DNA of 64,000 nt, from the NCBI GenBank assembly GCA_963666275.2, contig CAXXOA010000003.1, positions 1 through 64,000 on the forward strand. The letters run 5' to 3'. Position 1 is the first letter of the stretch. Each line of letters starts with the position of its first letter. A program made the translations under genes and the position numbers. This document shows positions 1-8,095 of the stretch, one piece after another. This stretch comes from Oceanispirochaeta sp. (GTDB lineage Bacteria; Spirochaetota; Spirochaetia; DSM-2461). The notes under the pieces are model-generated. The model was given only the letters and a program-made list of their open reading frames with translations, was not told the origin of the DNA and made no database searches.

Positions 1-1854
1 CACAAGCCGGGACAGTTCCTTTCCGGATAACATCTCCCTCATCTGGTGGTCTACACTCTCCGAGTGGACCGCCTCTCCCATGACTAGGAACTTGTGCAAT
101 AATGCTTCATCGGGAAGGTAGTTCAGGGCCTGGTCGGATAGGCTGGTCATGGAAATCACATCCTCTTCGGGCATCAGCTTTTTTACCGTATCGATCAGAA
201 AGCTTTTCCCGGCGGCGGACTGGGAAATGACGATTACGCTCACAGGGTCGGCCATCAGACGGGAGGAAGCGGCCAGGTACATAAGGATCTTGTTTTCCTC
301 TTCTCCCACATACCCCAGAGCTTCCGTGTCCTTCACAATCCTGCCAAACAAGTTTGGATCTTTTAAAAGGGCCAGACCTGCCTCTTCCTCTTCCGCAGTC
401 AGTGCCCGGACATCCGCGGAGGGCGATGAAAGCAGGCTGGCCTGCTCCTCCAGGTAGTCCAGGATGTCTAATAGATCCTTTTCTATCCTGGCGGATTCCT
501 CACCGAACCGGCGGGCCACAGCAACAGAGAAAAGCGTCCGGCTCCGGGCGGAGAAGAGATCCACGTTATCTATGAATTTTACAGAATCATCCTCCGGTTT
601 CTGACAGCGGACATTCACCTTCAAAGAGCTGACGAATCCTTCCTTTACACCGATGATCCGATAATCCAGGGAAGAACAATGAAACAGGTATTTACCTTCA
701 GATCGTGAAGCAAAGGGCTTCTCTTTCGGTTTTGGGGTCTGCAGAGGGGCGGCATCTATGAGTTTATGGATTTCTTCTTTTTTAAGATGGGTCAGCGACT
801 CATTCCAGTCTTTTTCCGGAGGGAAAATAGTTCTCACCGAGTAGCCGGATTTCAGCAGTTCTTTGGCTGTACCTTCTGCAGCTTCCTGACCCGGATTGTC
901 ACTGTCGAAGGCAAGGATAACCTCCTTTGTACGGTTCTCTTCCAAAGCTTCCATGAGGTGGCTGGTCACTCCGTTGGTACCGTAGATGCAACTGACGTTT
1001 TCCAGGCCCAAAATCATCAGCGAAAAGGCATCGATCACGCTTTCAGCCAGGATCATCCGGTCAGGGTAAACCTTGAATGCCTGGTGATTGAACAGGCCTC
1101 TATGCGGCCCTTTCAAATAAAGGTGTTTTACCCTGGATCTTTCATTTATCTTCCTGCCATAGAATCTTTGGATCTTCCCGTCAGAAGAGTAAAGGGGAAA
1201 GACGATGCAGTCCCGGAAGGTTTCAAGGTTCTTTTCATTAAAGAGGCCTGTCTCTTTCAGTTCCTGAAACCGGGATTCTGAGAGTTTGTCTTTCAGGTCT
1301 CCGGGGCAGTAGCCGACCTTTAATCTTCCAAGGAGCTCGGGAGCATAAATCCCCCGTTTTTTCAGGTAGGAAACTGCTTCCGGATGGGAGAGCTGACGGT
1401 GATAGTAGTCTGCCGCATCTTCAAAGTCCCCCAGAGGGCTTTCATTAATGGCAGGGGAATCTCTCTTGTCCGTGACAGTCTTTGAAGGCTGCGCCTCCTT
1501 CGACTTTACAGGGGCTGCCGGTTTGGGAGAAAGGTCTCCTCCCTTGAGTATGGCCAGGGCTTCTTTAAACTCCACGCCCTGCTTCTTCATCACGAAGTCG
1601 AAGACATCCCCTCCGGCCCCGCAGCCGAAACAGTGAAAAAGCCCCTTGGATTGATCCACCGAAAGGGAAGGATTCTTGTCCTCATGAAAGGGGCACAGCC
1701 CCATAAAGGAAGTGCCTTTTTTCTCCAGGGCAATACCGTAGGAGGTAATTACGCTGACAATATCGGTTTGAGACTTGATCCGGTCTTTTTCAAACTCGTC
1801 CAGCAGGGAAGCCCCCTTCAAAGGACTCCTGCCTTTCAGCTTTGAAGAAGTCAT
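1..1854 (-). CDS. DNA primase/helicase fusion (CHC2 zinc finger + Toprim + P-loop ATPase), 3' end beyond window start
   Basis: Absent from the ORF track; manually translated as open from ATG 1854 (overlapping the parA stop, ATGA) to base 1. Motifs: CPFHEDKNPS...FHCFGCG; Toprim ILAESVIDAFS, ILAFDSD, KDWNE; Walker A-like SQSAAGKS. Confidence 0.93.
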   Translation of the reverse strand, partial: MTSSKLKGRSPLKGASLLDEFEKDRIKSQTDIVSVITSYGIALEKKGTSFMGLCPFHEDKNPSLSVDQSKGLFHCFGCGAGGDVFDFVMKKQGVEFKEALAILKGGDLSPKPAAPVKSKEAQPSKTVTDKRDSPAINESPLGDFEDAADYYHRQLSHPEAVSYLKKRGIYAPELLGRLKVGYCPGDLKDKLSESRFQELKETGLFNEKNLETFRDCIVFPLYSSDGKIQRFYGRKINERSRVKHLYLKGPHRGLFNHQAFKVYPDRMILAESVIDAFSLMILGLENVSCIYGTNGVTSHLMEALEENRTKEVILAFDSDNPGQEAAEGTAKELLKSGYSVRTIFPPEKDWNESLTHLKKEEIHKLIDAAPLQTPKPKEKPFASRSEGKYLFHCSSLDYRIIGVKEGFVSSLKVNVRCQKPEDDSVKFIDNVDLFSARSRTLFSVAVARRFGEESARIEKDLLDILDYLEEQASLLSSPSADVRALTAEEEEAGLALLKDPNLFGRIVKDTEALGYVGEEENKILMYLAASSRLMADPVSVIVISQSAAGKSFLIDTVKKLMPEEDVISMTSLSDQALNYLPDEALLHKFLVMGEAVHSESVDHQMREMLSGKELSRLV

Positions 1855-2606
1855 AGACCGCACCGGGATAGAAGTTCATTCCCCAGGGCCCTCACTTCCT
1901 CCGCCGACCTTTTCCACTGGTTCCCGGACAGCTGGACCAGGCCCTTCCTCTCGGCAATGGCTTCCTCGATCCGGATAGAACGGCTGATCACCGTATCAAA
2001 ACAGGTTCCTCCGAAGAACCCGGTCAGTTCGGCTTTCAGCTCCCGGCCGATCAGGGTAACCGGGTTGTAGCTGTTAAGGACGACTCCCAGGGCGTAAAGA
2101 GTCGGGTTCAGGCTCCGCCTGATCTTCTCCATGGTTTCCAGAAGGTCCGAAGCTCCCTGCAGGGCGTACTGACTGGCTGTAATGGGCATCACAAGGTGAT
2201 CGGCGGCTACAAGGGCATTGCCCGTGAGGATTCCCAGGGAAGGGGGAGTATCCATCAGGATAAAATCGTAGGATTCGAACTCCTCCCGTTCGAAAAGCTC
2301 CTTAAACCGTACATAGCCGTCGAACTCTCCCACAAGCTGTTTTTCCAGCAGGCTGAGATAGATCGATCCGGAAAGGATCTCAAGATTCTCACTGACACTT
2401 TGAACGTGAATTTCATCTTCTGTAATGGCCTCGTACAGTCCTTTTCCCGGCTGGTCGAAGAAACTTCTGGAAAGGTTGCCTTGGCTGTCACAGTCTACCA
2501 GAAGGGTTTTCAGCCCTTTATCATGGGCCAGGTAACAGCCCAGTTCTCTTGTCATGGTGGTTTTGCCGACCCCGCCTTTCTGGTTGGTAAATACGATCTT
2601 AGTCAC
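1851..2606 (-). CDS. parA: ParA/Soj family ATPase
   Basis: NQKGGVGKTT deviant Walker A, DCDSQGNLS, DTPPSLG. Confidence 0.93.
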   Translation of the reverse strand: MTKIVFTNQKGGVGKTTMTRELGCYLAHDKGLKTLLVDCDSQGNLSRSFFDQPGKGLYEAITEDEIHVQSVSENLEILSGSIYLSLLEKQLVGEFDGYVRFKELFEREEFESYDFILMDTPPSLGILTGNALVAADHLVMPITASQYALQGASDLLETMEKIRRSLNPTLYALGVVLNSYNPVTLIGRELKAELTGFFGGTCFDTVISRSIRIEEAIAERKGLVQLSGNQWKRSAEEVRALGNELLSRCGL

Positions 2607-2859
2607 ACTGGGCCTCCTCTTCCTTCTTCCAGAGGAGGTTCCGGATCACTTCCAGAGTCTCGGGGATCTTCTTCAAAGGAGTCCGGCAGGTACCCAGAAA
2701 AAGTTTACGGTCCCGGGTAATGTTCTCTCCTTCCAGGGTAAAGAGCAGCTCTTCCGCTCCCAGGTTTCCCATGCAAAGATTCACATCGACAAGGCTATGC
2801 TTCTGGTCCAGGAGGTAGGCGACTTCGGCCAGGTTGGCTGTTATGAGGCTGTCTTTCAC
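2599..2859 (-). CDS. Small hypothetical protein, paralogue of 2856-3140 (DUF5659-like)
   Basis: GTG 2859 overlaps the upstream stop (GTGA). TANLAEVAYLL...FTLEGE aligns with TSDLYEAAYYL...FYFEGE. Confidence 0.7.
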   Translation of the reverse strand: MKDSLITANLAEVAYLLDQKHSLVDVNLCMGNLGAEELLFTLEGENITRDRKLFLGTCRTPLKKIPETLEVIRNLLWKKEEEAQCD

Positions 2860-3140
2860 TGGCGGCCCCCTTTCATGCTTTTCCGGTAGTCCCGCTTGGC
2901 GTTGTTGGCGTAGTTGTTGATCTCTCCGTAACAACGGCGGAAGAGAACCAGATTGACAACCGCTTCACTTCTCAAAAAGTCGCTTTGAAGATGAGGAATG
3001 ACTTCTCCTTCGAAGTAGAAGTCGCAGATGATATCTTTGGTGACGTTCCCGGCCAGAAGGCGGCAGGTAACCAGGTGGGGCGTTACCCCTTTAGTCAGGT
3101 AGTAGGCGGCCTCGTACAGGTCGCTGGTGCGGATTTCCAT
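2856..3140 (-). CDS. Small mobile-element protein (DUF5659-like)
   Basis: RBS GGAG before ATG; TSDLYEAAYYL motif; first full gene of the coupled operon. Confidence 0.75.
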   Translation of the reverse strand: MEIRTSDLYEAAYYLTKGVTPHLVTCRLLAGNVTKDIICDFYFEGEVIPHLQSDFLRSEAVVNLVLFRRCYGEINNYANNAKRDYRKSMKGGRQ

Positions 3141-3211
3141 TCTTTACTCCAAATCCAGGAGCAGAACGGCATTTGCGGGGAAGGTAAATTGTGATAGAAT
3201 TGTTGGTGCAT
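3095..3211 (-). CDS. Putative 38-aa leader peptide (uORF) MHQQFYHNLPSPQMPFCSWIWSKEWKSAPATCTRPPTT
   Basis: AGGAG 9 nt before ATG 3211; overlaps the start of 2856-3140 out of frame. Confidence 0.4.
   Translation of the reverse strand: MHQQFYHNLPSPQMPFCSWIWSKEWKSAPATCTRPPTT
3173..3200 (+). promoter_or_regulatory. Sigma70-like promoter of the antisense RNA
   Basis: TTGCGG-N16-TAGAAT with extended -10 TG (TGaTAGAAT). Confidence 0.55.
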
Positions 3212-3283
3212 GGAGTTCTACTCCTATGTGGTTTTAAGCCTGTTTCCGAATGTTTGGCGACGTACGGGAAACGGGCTTTTTTA
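3207..3283 (+). ncRNA. Putative cis-antisense RNA (~77 nt, SymR/CopA-like)
   Basis: Lies between the promoter and hairpin AAGCCTGTTTCCG...CGGGAAACGGGCTT + T-run; the loop contains TTGGCG; complementary to the uORF RBS/ATG. Confidence 0.55.
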
Positions 3284-3344
3284 TTGCCGACGGCAATATT
3301 TCAAAAAGTGTGTCAAGAAAATAGTAACACTTTTTACAAAAACT

Positions 3345-3373
3345 ATTATGTGTTATCATAACACCTATGTCAA
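3345..3373 (-). promoter_or_regulatory. Replication-operon promoter with candidate XRE operator
   Basis: TTGACA-N17-CATAAT on the minus strand; palindrome GTGTTAT-C-ATAACAC (3350-3364) over the spacer. Confidence 0.65.
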
Positions 3374-3406
3374 GCAATAATAGAAACATCGTTTAAAATA
3401 ATAACC

Positions 3407-3799
3407 ATGCCAAGAAAAATGACCGTTGAACTCCCGCCTATTCAAAATAAGGACGATAACAACATTGGGAAGAGAATAGCAAATATTAGAAAACAGCAAG
3501 GATTGTCTCAAAAAGAGTTGGCCGACAAAATCGGTATCAAACGAACTCTTGTAACTGATTATGAAATTGGAAGACTCCATTTAAATGATGAGATGATCAT
3601 AAGGTTTGCACTGGCTATGAATGTTTCATCTGATAAAATTCTTGGCCTTGATGGATCAAACCTTGGAAAACAGAATCTCACTATCACAAAACGCCTGAAA
3701 GAACTGGAAGAACTCCCACCGGCAGACCAAAAAAAAATCCTTGAACATATCAAGGATTTGAGAGCCATGAATGAACTAAAGGAAAATCAATCCAAATAG
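3407..3799 (+). CDS. XRE-family HTH repressor
   Basis: IGKRIANIRKQQGLSQKELADKIGIKRTLVTDYEIGR HTH; divergent from the replication operon. Confidence 0.92.
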   Translation: MPRKMTVELPPIQNKDDNNIGKRIANIRKQQGLSQKELADKIGIKRTLVTDYEIGRLHLNDEMIIRFALAMNVSSDKILGLDGSNLGKQNLTITKRLKELEELPPADQKKILEHIKDLRAMNELKENQSK

Positions 3800-3837
3800 A
3801 TATTCTTTCGATATCCGGCTATTACAAAATAAGAAAC

Positions 3838-4134
3838 CTAACCCTGCTTACTGCATTCCATATTCATCTCTTTTCGAAGTAAATCATTCAGCAAAGTCTG
3901 ATACCCTTTGCCATGACTTTTCAGCCAGAGAAGAATGTCCGCGTCGATTCGGGTGGTTATCTGCTCTTTCCTGGGCTTGTAAATATCGTGAAAAGGGACG
4001 GCCCTGGAAAAATCCTCATCAGACCACTCTTTTATGTCTGATGTATCAATTTCAGAGTCGGGTAATTCGGCAAGCTTGGCGAGTCTTGCCTTTGTGTCTT
4101 CATCCATAGGGCTAAAACCATTTTCCTGCTTCAT
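3838..4134 (-). CDS. brnA: BrnA antitoxin
   Basis: IDTSDI...YKPRKEQITTRIDADILLWLKSHGKGYQT; downstream of and overlapping brnT. Confidence 0.9.
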   Translation of the reverse strand: MKQENGFSPMDEDTKARLAKLAELPDSEIDTSDIKEWSDEDFSRAVPFHDIYKPRKEQITTRIDADILLWLKSHGKGYQTLLNDLLRKEMNMECSKQG

Positions 4135-4399
4135 ACTTCCTCCTCTCTGCCGTTGTCGCTTTTCTGGCAGATATTATTCTGAAAACGTCTTCATCCTGCT
4201 GATTTCTCATAGTGTAAACCACAAGCACCAGCAGAATGCCGCCGATATGCCCCATAATTTGCTGACGGGGCTCTGAATCCGTGTAATCCTCACGAACCAG
4301 GGCAAACGGGTCGGCAAAAACATACTTGGCGTCTTTGAATGACAATCCGTGTTTCTTTCGGTTGATTATGTCTTTTTCTTCATCCCATTCAAAGGTCAT
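4112..4399 (-). CDS. brnT: BrnT toxin (RNase)
   Basis: MTFEWDEEKD..NRKKHGLSF...RIISARKAT..ER. Confidence 0.93.
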   Translation of the reverse strand: MTFEWDEEKDIINRKKHGLSFKDAKYVFADPFALVREDYTDSEPRQQIMGHIGGILLVLVVYTMRNQQDEDVFRIISARKATTAERRKYEAGKWF

Positions 4400-4405
4400 A
4401 ATATA

Positions 4406-4434
4406 ATTATACTATTGTAACTACAATTTTGCAA
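4406..4434 (-). promoter_or_regulatory. brnTA promoter with operator; probably a leaderless transcript
   Basis: TTGCAA-N17-TATAAT, 6 nt to ATG; palindrome ATTGTA-AC-TACAAT (4414-4427) in the spacer. Confidence 0.65.
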
Positions 4435-4878
4435 AGACAGAGAGGCGCCAACACAAAAGCTTTTACGCTTCAATCGGTAGAGGAAAGATTTTCAAAACGG
4501 AATTTTTCGGAATTTATCGAGTAATAACGGGAATGAAACAATGAAACACCGGTCCCGGCCAGAGCTGATTCCGAAGAAAAAGCTCCATAGGCAGTAAACG
4601 CAAGCCCACTCCCTGCGGTCGTTAAACAGAACAAATCTTATCCTAAGCACGCTTCCGATAAGATCTCGTTCTGTTCACTTGCTATAACTCTACCACTAAA
4701 AGCAGGTGAACAGAGAATTCGTTATATGGCGAATGCGGACAGCTGCCAGGGACGGCAGCTGCAGATAACGGATTTTCTGATCAGAACCGGAGCCACGACG
4801 GCGGAGGTTCGGCCTGCGATTACTGCCGGAAAAACTTCTTCACGTGAGAAAAGTCATTCCGGCGAAAAATAAATCCTG

Positions 4879-4937
4879 TCATAACAAGTATGTTGCTGCC
4901 GTTTCCCTTCGGTCACAGCAGAACAATGGTGTTATGA
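4879..4937 (-). repeat. attC-like (59-base) imperfect palindrome
   Basis: TCATAACA...TGTTATGA ends; inner arms TGTTGCTGC/GCAGAACA with one bulged base; the stop codon of the 4932-5456 ORF lies in the TCATAAC core. Confidence 0.55.
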
Positions 4938-5456
4938 GCTTTTAACAAATTGTAGAATACTTCTTATTAATAGAAAACCTAGATTTGAAAGAACAATAAA
5001 ACTAAGAACAAATAAAATAGATTTAATAATATGGACTGTAATTTTTTTGAAATGAATACGATTCCTTAATACTAGTAATGTTATAAAAATGGTCAAATAC
5101 CAAAACAATAGTAAATAAAGACTTCCTGAACCCAATAAAAAGTTACTTATCAGAAATGCAATTACTTCATATATAATTCTAGCAATTAGAATTACGCTAC
5201 ACACAAATTTAAAGGCTTCATTTCTATTAAAAAAAAGAAAAGAAAGAAGCACTATTACTCCCGTTATTACAAGTAGTTTTCCTATCAGGAAAAGAACAGT
5301 AATAGAAAGAATAGCTTCATTAATCTGATAAATACCAATTACTTCGAAGATAAGCAGCGTAAATTGAATAATAAAATATGTAATTAATACAAATTTAAAT
5401 TTATTCCCAATTTCATTTTTATTAATCTGCGAATTGCTGTTTTTTAAATTATTCAT
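4932..5456 (-). CDS. Multi-pass membrane protein, putative Rhs immunity protein
   Basis: About 5 hydrophobic segments, very AT-rich, overlaps the toxin-tip stop by 8 nt. Confidence 0.7.
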   Translation of the reverse strand: MNNLKNSNSQINKNEIGNKFKFVLITYFIIQFTLLIFEVIGIYQINEAILSITVLFLIGKLLVITGVIVLLSFLFFNRNEAFKFVCSVILIARIIYEVIAFLISNFLLGSGSLYLLLFWYLTIFITLLVLRNRIHFKKITVHIIKSILFVLSFIVLSNLGFLLIRSILQFVKSS

Positions 5457-6155
5457 TCACATCATCCTCACTCTTATCCTCTCCTGATTCATTATTAGAA
5501 TCATCTTTTTCAGAATTATTTTTTTCTGTATTTTGATTTTCATGGATATCATCTAATAAGTCACGAGCGCCTTCTGCTCCATTTTCATACATATTGTTTT
5601 CTTTTTTCAAATTGAAAATTTCTTTAATTCTTCCAAAAATCTTTTTATTCTCCTCTGACAAATCTAAATTATAATCTAGAGGTTCCAACTGAGAATCAGC
5701 AACGAATTCAGCAATATCTTGAAAAGATCCATTATCAAATGTAATTCCCAGCTTAGCAATATCTCCAAAATTCTCAGCAGCTTTAGATCTTTTTTCTATT
5801 TCAGTTGATTGTATTTGACCTTTTAATTCATCTATTCTTTTTTCATTGTTCTCGATTTTTAATTCACTGCTCTTTTCTATATGTTCAAGCATTTTAGAGA
5901 AATCTTTGTAATCATATTCATCACGAATATAAGTATGACCATATTGACTATCAGAGTTTTCAATATCCAGTCTTGTTTGTGCTGCTGCAAAAGCGGCTGA
6001 ATCACTCATCATACCGGTTGGGTCAATGTATTTTAGCGGATTGTTTGAAACGTAAACATACCAATTTTGCCCGTCCCGGGCGGGGTCTTCTGAGATGAAT
6101 CTACCGGTAGAAGCATCATACCACCTGGCATTAAAGTAATACAAACCAACCTCTC
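5449..6155 (-). pseudogene. Orphan Rhs core-end + C-terminal toxin tip (no N-terminal Rhs body)
   Basis: GLYYFNARWYDASTGRFISEDP...NWYVYVSNNPLKYIDPTG then a variable domain; the listed TTG start sits in a terminator U-tract without an RBS. Confidence 0.85.
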
Positions 6156-6156
6156 T

Positions 6157-6188
6157 AAACAAAAGAGCCCATCACAACAGATGGGCTC
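6157..6188 (-). terminator. Intrinsic terminator of the LysM lipoprotein gene
   Basis: GAGCCCATC-6nt-GATGGGCTC followed by TTTTGTTT on the minus strand. Confidence 0.85.
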
Positions 6189-6207
6189 CTATAATTTAAT
6201 CTTAAAT

Positions 6208-7662
6208 TTACTTTTCAACCGGCGGTATAATCAGCACCTGGCCGGGGTAGATCAGATCCGGGTTGGGGATCTTTTTCTGGTTCCGTTTCCAGATCTTGGG
6301 CCACAGGAAGGGGTCGTCGTAGATGCCGTCGAATCCGGCGATTTTCCACAGACAGTCCCTGTCGTCGGGGTTGTACTGAACCGTGTAGGTCTGGCCTACC
6401 GCGTTGGCCCGGTAGGCTTTGATATAGGCTTCGGCCTGAACAAAGAGCTCTTTGGACTTTTCGTATTCCCCGTCATTCCGGGCCTGGACGCCCTCCTGCC
6501 AGAGGGTTTTCGCCTTTTCCAGAAGGGCGGAAACGCTGTTGACCGAGCCGGCCATCTCTTCTTCCTCTTCTTCTACAATCTCCACTTCCTCATCCAGAGA
6601 CTTGTCCAGATCATAGTTGAGCAGGCTGGAATCTTCGCCTTCGTAGTCTTCGGCTTCCACATCCAGAAGGGGGTTTTCGTTCAGGTATTCGCTTCCCGAC
6701 CAGGGATTGCCGTCCAGGATTTCTCCCTCTTCACTTTGAACCTGCAGGGCCGAGGCCTCTTCCAGGTCCTGCTGAATCTGCAGCAGTAGCTGATCAGTGG
6801 CGCTCTGTTCTTTTCGTTTTTCCGCCAGATAGATGGCGTTCCGGGCTTTGAACTTGGCCTCTTTCAGAGTGGCTTCACTGGCTTTCAGATCGTACTGACG
6901 GAAACTTGTCATACCGACTGACAGAAGATCACTGGCTTCCAGGAACTCCTTGTCCGCCCAGATATAGGCTTCCGCTTCTTCAGCCTCTGTCAGATAGGTG
7001 TTGGTATCCCTTTCCAGGATTTTTACCCAGCGGATATTTTCGGAAAGCTGTCTGTGAAGGTTTCTGGCTTTCAGGGATGAGAGATTGTAGGACTCTCTGG
7101 CTTTTACAAGGTTGCCCTGATCAATCATTCTGTTGGTATCGTCAAACTGGGTTTTTACGGCCTGATAGGCTTCGGGACTGAATTTGTCTGCTTCAATTTC
7201 GAGCAGGGCCGCATCGAGTTTTGCCATATTGGCACGGGCCTCGGCTATGAGTCCCTGTTTTCCCAGTTCGAAGGCTCTGTCGGCTTTTTCGATGACTCCG
7301 GCCAGAAGGGCCCGGGACTGTTCGGGATCGCTTTCTGCCAGATCGGCGGCTTTCTGAAGGTCCGCATACCCGGCTTCCATAAGATCCGGTGCAAAACGGG
7401 AGGCCTCCGCCTCTTCCGCTCTCAGCAGAGCCTGACGGGCCAGCTGCAGTTCTTCCCGGCTGACCGGTTCAATCTGCGGTTCTTCTACAGGTTCAGGAGT
7501 CTCTACAGGAGCTTCGCTGATGCCTTCCTCTATTACCTCTTCAGGCGGTGCTTCTTCTTCAATCTGTTCTTCTTCCACCACTGGTTCTTCCGGTGTGGAT
7601 TTACAGGATGCAATAACAAATACAGAAAGGATTAAGAGTATTAAAAATGCTTTTTTGTTCAC
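6208..7662 (-). CDS. LysM-domain lipoprotein (spirochaete BB0323-like)
   Basis: Lipobox VIASC, long helical middle, C-terminal DCLWKIA...WPKIW..N...IPNPDLIYPGQVLIIP. Confidence 0.85.
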   Translation of the reverse strand: MNKKAFLILLILSVFVIASCKSTPEEPVVEEEQIEEEAPPEEVIEEGISEAPVETPEPVEEPQIEPVSREELQLARQALLRAEEAEASRFAPDLMEAGYADLQKAADLAESDPEQSRALLAGVIEKADRAFELGKQGLIAEARANMAKLDAALLEIEADKFSPEAYQAVKTQFDDTNRMIDQGNLVKARESYNLSSLKARNLHRQLSENIRWVKILERDTNTYLTEAEEAEAYIWADKEFLEASDLLSVGMTSFRQYDLKASEATLKEAKFKARNAIYLAEKRKEQSATDQLLLQIQQDLEEASALQVQSEEGEILDGNPWSGSEYLNENPLLDVEAEDYEGEDSSLLNYDLDKSLDEEVEIVEEEEEEMAGSVNSVSALLEKAKTLWQEGVQARNDGEYEKSKELFVQAEAYIKAYRANAVGQTYTVQYNPDDRDCLWKIAGFDGIYDDPFLWPKIWKRNQKKIPNPDLIYPGQVLIIPPVEK

Positions 7663-7746
7663 GAAGGTGTTCCTCCCTGATCCTATTTTAACACAGCCCT
7701 GCTTTCCTGAAAAGCACGGGCCGTGAATCTTTGTTCATTAGAACTG

Positions 7747-8061
7747 TCAGGGCAGGTAGAATACCTCTTTTAAAGGGATGGATACGGGGGAATTGTCGGG
7801 GTTTGTCTCCATTATATCCGCCATGAATTCCCACCATTTCTGTACCACCGGGTTGGATCCCAGATCCTGGGATCCTCCCTCTCCGGAAATTTTCTGAACC
7901 GCGAAGAGTGTATTTGTCTCTTCATCCAGGAATATGGAATAGTCGCTCACACCGGTACTGCGGATCAGCACCTCCAACTCGGGCCAGATCTCGTCGTGCC
8001 GCTTTTTGTACTCGTCGGCAAATCCGGGTTTCAGGTGCATTTTAAAGGCAAACCGTTCCAT
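7747..8061 (-). CDS. rhaM: L-rhamnose mutarotase
   Basis: [22 protein letters not shown]...YSIFLD...[10 protein letters not shown]. Confidence 0.95.
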   Translation of the reverse strand: MERFAFKMHLKPGFADEYKKRHDEIWPELEVLIRSTGVSDYSIFLDEETNTLFAVQKISGEGGSQDLGSNPVVQKWWEFMADIMETNPDNSPVSIPLKEVFYLP

Positions 8062-8095
8062 AATATTTTCTCCTTATGACAATCTCCGGATCTTC

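Larger units (their letters stand above)
1..6155. mobile_element. Right-hand part of an integrated Rhs-associated primase/ParA/XRE element; left end and recombinase lie outside the window
   Basis: Primase-helicase, ParA, XRE, TA pair and an AT-rich Rhs tip/immunity pair are clustered; there is an abrupt boundary to a host terminator at ~6155-6190. No integrase in the window. Confidence 0.75.

Noticed and set aside
149..1978. Several plus-strand ORFs in the ORF track
   Set aside because: They are shadows of the minus-strand primase and parA genes.
6125..6160. XerCD dif site at the element junction
   Set aside because: Only weak dyad symmetry and no convincing match to the dif consensus.
6160..6162. 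TTG as a true start of the Rhs ORF
   Set aside because: It lies in the terminator U-tract with no RBS; the ORF is better treated as a headless fragment.
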